39,924 nucleotides of DNA. It comes from a virus. Positions 25,913 to 32,453 of the stretch are shown piece after piece. The translations under genes were made by a program, and so were the position numbers. How positions within the stretch are numbered: position 1 is the stretch's first letter; every line of letters begins with the position of its first letter. The notes below the pieces were generated by a model that worked only from the letters and a program-made list of their open reading frames with translations, made no database searches and was not told where the DNA came from. Where the stretch lies: IMG/VR virus record IMGVR_UViG_3300044564_000006, positions 1 to 39,924 of that record, one strand, 5' to 3'.

Positions 25913-25940
25913 AGTATAGATAGACTTGGCATAAAGTCAA
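25913..25940 (-). promoter_or_regulatory. Near-consensus sigma-70 promoter, TTGACT-16 nt-TATACT, reading leftward.
   Basis: Complement of agtata (25913-25918) and agtcaa (25935-25940). Confidence 0.7.
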
Positions 25941-26377
25941 GCAGAAATGTAAGGATGTGCGAAATCAAATGTGAGCGGAGCAATTTTGGCAGCGAACGGC
26001 AAGTCTGGACTTATCTCACTAAAATTTGTCGGTCACGATGGGCCGATGGGGTACGGCACAAGTGTACACGCGAGTCACAAAACCGCAGGTAAACGGCTTG
26101 TTGTAAGGCGATTTAAGGCACTGAAATGCACTGGCCCTAGTGGGTGTAGGGCGATTTTGCGCCAGGAGCGCGCCAGGAGGAAAGCTGCGATCATAAAAGA
26201 ATCGGCGCGGATGCCTTCCTCGTTCACATATATATAGACTCGCGCGCGAGACGAATGCGAATGGTTAACCAACTCATCCGTCCGCACCCGTCCAACGCGA
26301 CAAACGCCCAGTTGGCGAACCGCGATTTGGACGGATGAAAATCTTATAACACGAGGTAGACCGCATAATCCATCTCC

Positions 26378-26422
26378 CTGTTAATCAGCGTGTCGCAGGT
26401 TCGAACCCTGCCCGGGGAGCCA
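26378..26422 (+). other. 3' 45 nt of a tRNA-Asn(GTT)-like gene (anticodon loop to CCA). It is not a complete tRNA.
   Basis: Anticodon loop ctGTTaa, T-arm gcagg-ttcgaac-cctgc, acceptor ccgggga-g-cca. No matching 5' acceptor or D-arm lies upstream. Confidence 0.75.
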
Positions 26423-26430
26423 GAGAGTTC

Positions 26431-26474
26431 GCAGGTCACACGGTCAGTTCGGCTGTGTGGCCTGCTTGTTTTTT
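26431..26474 (+). terminator. Hairpin plus a T-rich tail, which would terminate the tRNA reconstituted after integration.
   Basis: GCAGGTCACAC...GTGTGGCCTGC-ttgtttttt. Confidence 0.6.
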
Positions 26475-27621
26475 ATGCCGGGGTCCGTCCGCGTCCGTCC
26501 GGTCGGCCAGCGTCATGCACGCCAAGCAGCCCAGCGTAGCTCTCTGCGGCGCGCTGGTAGGCGGAGACCATGGGCGACTCGTAGTGACGGTAGAGTATCT
26601 GCGAGTTCTTCGCACGCCCCTGCATGGCGTTGATTATGGAGTCGGCCACGCCCGCCTCCTGGGCGAGGGTGGCGTAGGTCGCGCGCATCCGCGAGAGGTG
26701 CACGCTCGGGTAGCCGTGCAGCGGATGGCCGTCCTCGAATAGCTTGCGCCATTCTATTGCGGCGCGCCGCGTCCCCCACGGCTCGCCCGCGTGCGCTCCA
26801 CGCGTGACAGCCACGATCGGCCCAGAGGTGCCTGCAATCGTGCTATGGAGCCGTCAGGCGAATGGCGCGCCCATCACAGCCGTGCGGTAGCGACGGGCGT
26901 TCTTTGGTGCCTTCATCCCATCTCTCGCGGTATATGCGCGGCACACGTCCACATAGGCCATTCCATCCGCGAACCGCACGTCCTCGCGGCGAATCGCAAG
27001 CGCCTCGGACTCGCTTAGCCCAGCGCCTACCATGAGCAGCCAAAGGGGATAGATTCTCTCGTTCGCTAGGTCGGCCATCGCGCGGGCCACGGTCTGCGCG
27101 CCCCACACCTCGGCGGGGGACTCGTCGCGCCGTGGCAGCCTGTAGCGGCTCGCCATCGGATCGTAGGATATAAGGCGCTCTGCGGCGGCCTGATGCATCA
27201 CGGCGCGCAGCGCGCGCACGTAGTGCGGTGCCGACTGCGGGGGGAGCGTGGACACCCAGCGCTGCACGGCGTCGTACGATATCTCGTCAATCGGCGTGCT
27301 TCCGAACGGCTGTTCTATGTGTGTGCGGAACGCGGACTCGTAGAACTGGACGGTGGCCCGCGTGCAGACCCTTGCGCGCTGTGGCACGAAGTGGCCCCAG
27401 AAGTAGTCGCCAAGGGTTGTCTGCGCGCCCAGCGCGGATGCTGCACCCATGTCATCCGCGAGTCTCAGGAGCGCGGCGTCCGCGTCGGACTCCGTGCCAT
27501 GCACTGTGCGCGACTTGCGCCGCTTGCGCCCGTCCGGGCGGTGCCCGCACGAGACGGACACCTCCCACACGCCCGGGCTCTTCTCACGCTTGCTACCGAC
27601 TGGCCGCGCGGAGTCAGCCAT
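26473..27621 (-). CDS. int: Tyrosine integrase interrupted by one in-frame TGA (26854-26856). The two track ORFs are in the same frame.
   Basis: N-terminal arm-binding-like domain, HLSR (HxxR) and a ..LYRHY catalytic Tyr region. (27621-26814) is divisible by 3. Confidence 0.8.
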
Positions 27622-27631
27622 TGCCGTGGCC

Positions 27632-27853
27632 CTACGACCGCCTGTAGGCCTTGAGGATGGCGATGAAGACCCAGGACTGGACCGATATGCCCAGCCAAGC
27701 GCCAGTGGCTAGGAAATAGCCAGGGATTCGGTCGTAGATGTCGCCGAAGAGCGCGATAAAGATTGCCAGAACGACCAGCGCGCAGATCGTCGAACGCTTC
27801 GCGCGGCCCTCCATCTCGTCAAGCGACGTGCCGTTGTCCTTCTTGCCAGACAT
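27632..27853 (-). CDS. Small two-TM membrane protein (73 aa); candidate for superinfection exclusion.
   Basis: ATG 27853 follows GGAG. Hydrophobic segments are ICALVVLAIFIALFG and GAWLGISVQSWVFIAIL. It sits between int and the repressor. Confidence 0.55.
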   Translation of the reverse strand: MSGKKDNGTSLDEMEGRAKRSTICALVVLAIFIALFGDIYDRIPGYFLATGAWLGISVQSWVFIAILKAYRRS

Positions 27854-27962
27854 AATTCTCCAATCCTCGCACCTGCCGTGGACATAAACGCCATCTCGCG
27901 CCGCTCGCCGATGGGGGCGGCGGAGTCGTGGCCAAAGCGGAAAGATAGAACTAATGTACGCA

Positions 27963-28202
27963 TCAGGAATTCGAGCCATCGGTTGGGGAGCCGCCGCGCA
28001 TGAGATCATAGAAGTCCTGGATTGAAACGCCGAGCGCGTCCGCGACCTCGCAGGCGCGGTCGAACTTGGGGTTCTCGACCTTGCCGCTCAGCAGCATGGA
28101 GACGTAGGCGGTGGAGAAGTTTCCACGCCGCGCAAAGTCGGCCTGCGACATTCCAGAGCGCGAGAAGATGTGGCGGACTGCCTGGCCGTAGCTCATTCCC
28201 AT
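27963..28202 (-). CDS. XRE-family HTH repressor, cI-like, 79 aa.
   Basis: MSQADFARRGNFSTAYVSMLLSGK; transcribed divergently from the cro-like gene. Confidence 0.8.
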   Translation of the reverse strand: MGMSYGQAVRHIFSRSGMSQADFARRGNFSTAYVSMLLSGKVENPKFDRACEVADALGVSIQDFYDLMRGGSPTDGSNS

Positions 28203-28226
28203 GGCATGCTCCTTTTTTGCTCCATC

Positions 28227-28314
28227 TGCTAAGTAATTTTAGCATTTGCGCCAAATCTGGTTGACATGCTAAGCGGATTTAGTATTATTGGTTGCGTGCT
28301 AAGGAGATTTAGCA
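28227..28314. promoter_or_regulatory. Genetic switch: three operators TGCTAAG-N4-TTTAGCA (28227-28244, 28267-28284, 28297-28314) and a rightward promoter (TTGACA at 28261-28266, tattat at ~28283).
   Basis: Read directly; the second operator occupies the promoter spacer. Confidence 0.75.
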
Positions 28315-28330
28315 GATTGGAGGTGCAGAG

Positions 28331-28561
28331 ATGACGGCACAGACGCGGGAGATAATCAGCTCGGCGGTGTCGCAGAGGGTCGGCGCATACGTCGAGCGCA
28401 GCGGAACCACGAAGACGCACATTGCACACGACATGGGCATCTCTCGTTCGACTCTAAGGCGGAAGATCCATAGCGGAGAGTTCACGCTCTCGGAGGCGTA
28501 CGACCTGGCGGACATCATTGGTTGTAGTGTCTCCGACTTCTACAGGGAGCCGTCTTCGTAG
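28331..28561 (+). CDS. Cro-like HTH regulator.
   Basis: GGAGGTG RBS; HTH segment KTHIAHDMGISRSTLRRKIH. Confidence 0.75.
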   Translation: MTAQTREIISSAVSQRVGAYVERSGTTKTHIAHDMGISRSTLRRKIHSGEFTLSEAYDLADIIGCSVSDFYREPSS

Positions 28562-28572
28562 CCCCCTGCTTC

Positions 28573-28604
28573 ATGCCGCAAAAGCTAAGGCGGCTTAGCG
28601 GCAT
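28573..28604 (+). promoter_or_regulatory. Hairpin containing an operator-like palindrome GCTAAG-gcgg-CTTAGC (28584-28599), with no T-run.
   Basis: Read directly; it shares the operator half-site. Confidence 0.5.
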
Positions 28605-29077
28605 CGCACCACCCAGTGAGTCGCACGCGGCGGACGGCGGGAAGGCATCCTCCAAGACCAAGCGAGCACACGAATTTCCTGGTACTGCCTCCACACCTTG
28701 AATTTCCCCTTCACACCCAGAACACAGCCGACTCGCCGCCCGTCACGTGCGGCCCATTGGGTAGCACCGCCGAACCTTGACAACCAAAAGCACGCCACGA
28801 TTCGTCGGGCCACGCGGCCCAGCGAGCCTAACGAGTGCCACGACCTGCCCAGCGTGCGCGCTGGCGGCGGACTCGGAGGCGTGCGGAGCGGGAAAGCGGC
28901 CAAGAAGTCCGCACCCGCACATACGCAGCGGGCCACCCGTGGTGGACGGGGACCTTTACAGGCACAGGCATACTCACTGCCTCGCCCATCACGACGGACC
29001 CGCTGCGGAAGAGCAAGTAAATCGGCCCCCGAGCAGCTTGCACCTGCGCGGGAGCCAGGACATGGAAAGGAGAAATC
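28605..29077. other. Region with no convincing ORF; C/A-rich on the + strand and rich in stems. Candidate ncRNA or regulatory region.
   Basis: Only composition-type ORFs are present (28698..29096 +, 28595..28936 -), with no RBS. Long-range complement CGCAGCGGG (~28924) / CCCGCTGCG (~29001). Confidence 0.4.
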
Positions 29078-29242
29078 ATGTCACATGGGATTTTAGCTCA
29101 TGCAAGGCACCTTTTATCGTCACTGATCGTCACGGACGAGTACGGGCAGTGGGAGTTCACGGAGCGCGGTGCATATGCAGCACTCATCGCGTGCCTCGCG
29201 TTGGTCGTGGTCGCCCAGCAGCTTGCCTGGGCGTGGCGATGA
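29078..29242 (+). CDS. 54-aa protein with a C-terminal TM helix.
   Basis: Strong RBS GAAAGGAGAAATC before ATG. The stop overlaps the next ATG (ATGA). Confidence 0.55.
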   Translation: MSHGILAHARHLLSSLIVTDEYGQWEFTERGAYAALIACLALVVVAQQLAWAWR

Positions 29243-29511
29243 TGCGGCAGACGCACATCCGCCCAGACTGCGACGCAGGGGCGGCGTCTGAGATACACCT
29301 TGGCCACCCGCACGTCCGCACGGTCTGCCCGGACGCGGATGCGGAGTCGGCCATCCCCGTGGTCATTGCACGCCGCACGGACGGCCTGGAGCTGCTGCGC
29401 GGCGTGAGCGGTAGGTACTTCGTGCGCTGGGGCGAGTGCGGAGAGATGCTGTTCGCATCGGACTACGAAATCCAGGCGTGGCAGAGGTTCGAGTCATGGC
29501 CGACACGATGA
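29239..29511 (+). CDS. Hypothetical protein, 90 aa.
   Basis: ATGA coupling to the upstream ORF. The upstream part of track ORF 28777.. is composition noise. Confidence 0.5.
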   Translation: MMRQTHIRPDCDAGAASEIHLGHPHVRTVCPDADAESAIPVVIARRTDGLELLRGVSGRYFVRWGECGEMLFASDYEIQAWQRFESWPTR

Positions 29512-29885
29512 GCGGAGGGCCGATGGTGGTCTACGCGCTGTTCGACGGGCCGAGGTACATATGCTCTGGCACGCAGCGTCAGATTGCCCAGGCGCGCGGG
29601 GTGTCATCCAGCACGGTCGCCAAGTGGGCGTCCCCAGTGGCGCAGCGCGCGCACGAGGACCACGGGATGGCGTGCTTCGCAATCGGCACGACGGTGCGTC
29701 CGCACTGGCACATCGACAAGTCGGAGGGCGGCATGCGCGACCGCGACATGTGGGTCTACGAGATGCACATGTCGGGCTACTCGGACTTCTACATCGCGCA
29801 GCATCTCGGGGTCTCGCGGCAGACAATCAAGAATTCAATCTCAAGGGTGGAAGGCGGACGATATGGGAAGCAGGTGGGACTATGA
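29496..29885 (+). CDS. DNA-binding protein with two HTH-like segments.
   Basis: QRQIAQARGVSSSTVAKW and FYIAQHLGVSRQTIKNSI. Confidence 0.55.
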   Translation: MADTMSGGPMVVYALFDGPRYICSGTQRQIAQARGVSSSTVAKWASPVAQRAHEDHGMACFAIGTTVRPHWHIDKSEGGMRDRDMWVYEMHMSGYSDFYIAQHLGVSRQTIKNSISRVEGGRYGKQVGL

Positions 29886-30400
29886 GCCTTAAGGACGATG
29901 CCGAGAAGCTGGCGGTTTGGCAGGCGCTCTACCAGATAGCCGGAAAGGCAGTCGGAACAAAGTCGCGCGACAACCTGCGCGCAGACGTATCGGATGGGTT
30001 GCGCGAACTGTACGAGTCCACGGGCGCGAAGTCGGTTGACATAAAGGTGAACGGCCAGAAGGTCGGAACAATGTCGCTGCGCGTCGCGAAGGCGGAGGAG
30101 CGCATGGAGCTAATCTGCCAGGACGAGCGCGCATTCATTGCCTGGCTTTGCGGAGACGGAAGCGACTACCTGACCGAGGCCGTGCGCGACGGGATGGGGC
30201 GTAAGGTCCTCGAATATGCCGTGCGCGACGGGGTGGTGCCTGACGGATGCCAGGCAGTGCGAGACAGCATCCCCGAGACGATAGTCGGCACGACCCTGCG
30301 CGTGGACCCCGAGAAGGTGTGGAGCGCTGGCGGACAGCGGCTCGGCGAGTACGTGCGCGGCGCGCTGGAGGGTGGTGACGAACAATGGGAGTCGGAGTGA
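29882..30400 (+). CDS. Hypothetical protein of the recombination module.
   Basis: ATGA overlap with the upstream gene; precedes the Sak4-like ATPase. Confidence 0.5.
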   Translation: MSLKDDAEKLAVWQALYQIAGKAVGTKSRDNLRADVSDGLRELYESTGAKSVDIKVNGQKVGTMSLRVAKAEERMELICQDERAFIAWLCGDGSDYLTEAVRDGMGRKVLEYAVRDGVVPDGCQAVRDSIPETIVGTTLRVDPEKVWSAGGQRLGEYVRGALEGGDEQWESE

Positions 30401-31014
30401 TCGTGCTGGGCAAGTCGGGCACCGGCAAGTCAACCAGCCTGCGGAACTTCGAGCCGGACGAAATCGGCATCCTCAACGTCATGAGCAAGCCATTGCCGTT
30501 CAAGAAGCGCCTGGAGACGCTGGACACGGCGGACTACGGACAGATAATCCACTGCATCATGTCGGGCAAGCGGCGCGCGTGGGTCGTGGATGACGCGGGG
30601 TACCTCATGGCGCTCCAGAACTTCGCGATGGCGAAGAAGAAGGGCTATGACAAGTTCATAGACATCGCGCAGAACTTCGAGAAGCTGCTCGTGGCAGTCG
30701 CAAGCGCGCCGCGCGACACAATCACGTACCTGCTGATGCACCCCGAGCTGGATATTAACGGCGAGGAGAAGATACGCACGGCGGGGAGGATGATTGACGA
30801 GAAGTTCGGCATAGAGGGCGTCGTGCCAATCCTCATCGACTGCGTGGTGCGCGACGGCAAACACCTATTCGTGACCGAGAACGACGGGACCAACCTCGCG
30901 AAGGCACCAATGGGGATGCTCCCGCCTGTAATGGACAACGACCTGAGGGCCGTGGACTCCGCCATCCGCGACTACTGGGGCATGGCACCCCTCAGAGATG
31001 CAGCCGGGGACTAG
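30385..31014 (+). CDS. Sak4-like RecA-core ATPase (AAA_24-type), ssDNA annealing.
   Basis: Walker A GKSGTGKST and Walker B WVVDDAGY; ~210 aa; followed by a DUF669-type protein. Confidence 0.7.
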   Translation: MGVGVIVLGKSGTGKSTSLRNFEPDEIGILNVMSKPLPFKKRLETLDTADYGQIIHCIMSGKRRAWVVDDAGYLMALQNFAMAKKKGYDKFIDIAQNFEKLLVAVASAPRDTITYLLMHPELDINGEEKIRTAGRMIDEKFGIEGVVPILIDCVVRDGKHLFVTENDGTNLAKAPMGMLPPVMDNDLRAVDSAIRDYWGMAPLRDAAGD

Positions 31015-31210
31015 GGCGCGGCTGCTCGAGATGGAGCAGATGTGCGAGCGCAGATACGAGCGCCTAGTGCGCGACGGGTGCGACGAGGGCGTTGCGGCGG
31101 ACAGGACGTTCGACGCCATGGAGTGCGCCATGTCGGACGAGAAGCACACGTTCGATGCGCGCGACAGGCTTTTCGAGAACGAGTTGAGGACATACCTACT
31201 GAGAGGATGA
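30998..31210 (+). CDS. Hypothetical small protein.
   Basis: ORF only. Confidence 0.35.
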   Translation: MQPGTRARLLEMEQMCERRYERLVRDGCDEGVAADRTFDAMECAMSDEKHTFDARDRLFENELRTYLLRG

Positions 31211-31217
31211 CTAGCAT

Positions 31218-31814
31218 ATGAGACCAATCCAGTGGACTAGCATCACCGCATCGCACGACGGCGAGGGCAAGCGACTCCCAGTCGGCGCGTACGTGGTCAA
31301 GGTCACCGAGGCGATAGACCACGAAGACAAGTCGTACGTCGAATTGATCTACGACATCGCCGAGGGCGAATACAAGGACTTCTACAACGACGAGTGGGGG
31401 CAGAACCACCCATACGCGCACCGCATCATCATGTCGTACAAGGACAAGGCGCTCCCGATGACCAAGGGCCGTCTGGAGTGCATCAGCGCGAGCAACGCGG
31501 GGTTCGACGCGCTTGCCGCGTGGAACGGGTCGCGTCTCGACATGTTCGCTGGCCGTCTCTTCGGCATCAACCTCCAGGAGGAGGAGTACGAGGGCAAGGA
31601 CGGAGAGACCAAGACGCGAATCAACCCGCGCCAGGTCGTGCCCGCCGCCAAGGTGCGCGAGGGCAAGTGCAGGAGGCTCGGGCTCAGGCACCTGGACGGC
31701 ACGGTGGATGACCCGGACGAGCCGCGCGGGGTAGTTGGCGGTGGCCGCGAGGTGGGCTACAAGCCGTCTGCGGCACACACCGCGCCCGAGGTCTACAGCG
31801 ACGTGCCGTTCTAG
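31218..31814 (+). CDS. DUF669-like ssDNA-binding protein with an SSB-type C-terminal tip (EVYSDVPF).
   Basis: LPVGAYVVKVTEAI...LIYDIAEGEYKDFY; C-terminal ..DVPF. Confidence 0.6.
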   Translation: MRPIQWTSITASHDGEGKRLPVGAYVVKVTEAIDHEDKSYVELIYDIAEGEYKDFYNDEWGQNHPYAHRIIMSYKDKALPMTKGRLECISASNAGFDALAAWNGSRLDMFAGRLFGINLQEEEYEGKDGETKTRINPRQVVPAAKVREGKCRRLGLRHLDGTVDDPDEPRGVVGGGREVGYKPSAAHTAPEVYSDVPF

Positions 31815-31907
31815 GCAGTCGGAGAATTCGTCAACGCGGAGTCGGCCATTGCCTTCGGGCGGTGGCCGATTCGCGGCAACTCCGCCGAATGGGGGTGAGG
31901 GCGGCGG

Positions 31908-32453
31908 ATGATACTACTGGAGGACACGCGCCAGCAGGTCTCGCACGGGGACAAGCACAGGCGCAAGCACGAGTGGTGGGAGTCGCACGGCGTGGAGGTC
32001 GTGCGGCGGAAGCTTGATTTTGGTGACTACATGCGCGAGGACGGCATGTCCAACATCTCGATTGACACCAAGCGCGACATCAACGAGATCTCTCAGAACC
32101 TCGGTCGCGACCACGACAGGCTGGTGCGCGAGGTGGAGCGCGCGAGCGAGGACGGCTACAGGCTGGTCTTCCTCATCGAGGCGGGCTACCCCTACGTCAC
32201 GATAGAGGACATACCCAAGTGGACGGCCAAGCCGTGCCAGATGTGCGAGCGGCGCAGGTACGGCTACTGCGAGCCGCATTCTTCGATGCGGTGCGAGAGA
32301 TTCAGGTTCAAACCGAGGCAGGGCCAGAGCGTGTACAGGTCGATGATGGCGTTCGAGGCGCACTATGGCTGCCGCTTCGAGGTGGTCAACCCCGCGCGCA
32401 GCGCCGCGCGAATCTGCGAGATCCTGGGAATCGAGGTGACTGGGCGTGGCTGA
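31908..32453 (+). CDS. ERCC4-type (PD-(D/E)xK) nuclease; putative junction resolvase.
   Basis: MILLEDTRQQ...LDFGDY...SIDTKRDINEISQNL...LVFLIE. Confidence 0.65.
   Translation: MILLEDTRQQVSHGDKHRRKHEWWESHGVEVVRRKLDFGDYMREDGMSNISIDTKRDINEISQNLGRDHDRLVREVERASEDGYRLVFLIEAGYPYVTIEDIPKWTAKPCQMCERRRYGYCEPHSSMRCERFRFKPRQGQSVYRSMMAFEAHYGCRFEVVNPARSAARICEILGIEVTGRG

Larger units (their letters stand above)
26278..26501. other. attP region: core is a tRNA 3' fragment, flanked by five CCGTCC(G/A) arm-type repeats.
   Basis: Repeats at 26278-26284, 26288-26294, inverted at 26328-26334, 26485-26491 and 26495-26501. The region is adjacent to the integrase. Confidence 0.65.

Noticed and set aside
25971-26287. 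Small ORFs 25971..26237 (+) and 26075..26287 (-) in the AT-rich attP left arm.
   Set aside because: They have no RBS and unconvincing composition. The region is better explained as promoter and attP arm DNA.
26341-26422. A complete tRNA gene.
   Set aside because: Only the segment from the anticodon loop to CCA is tRNA-like. The upstream sequence cannot form the acceptor 5' strand, the D-arm or the anticodon 5' stem, so this is an attP core fragment.
26854-26856. Genome-wide TGA reassignment as the explanation for the in-frame TGA in int.
   Set aside because: TGA ends several well-delimited genes with coupled downstream starts, for example 2134-2136, 9183-9185, 23644-23646 and 29883-29885.
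28698-29096. The 132-aa + ORF and the 113-aa - ORF (28595..28936) as genes filling the cro-downstream gap.
   Set aside because: Neither has an RBS. The start is TTG, the content is Arg/Pro/Ala-rich, and the + ORF runs through the strong RBS and ATG of the 29078 gene. They are kept only as a caveat to the ncRNA hypothesis.
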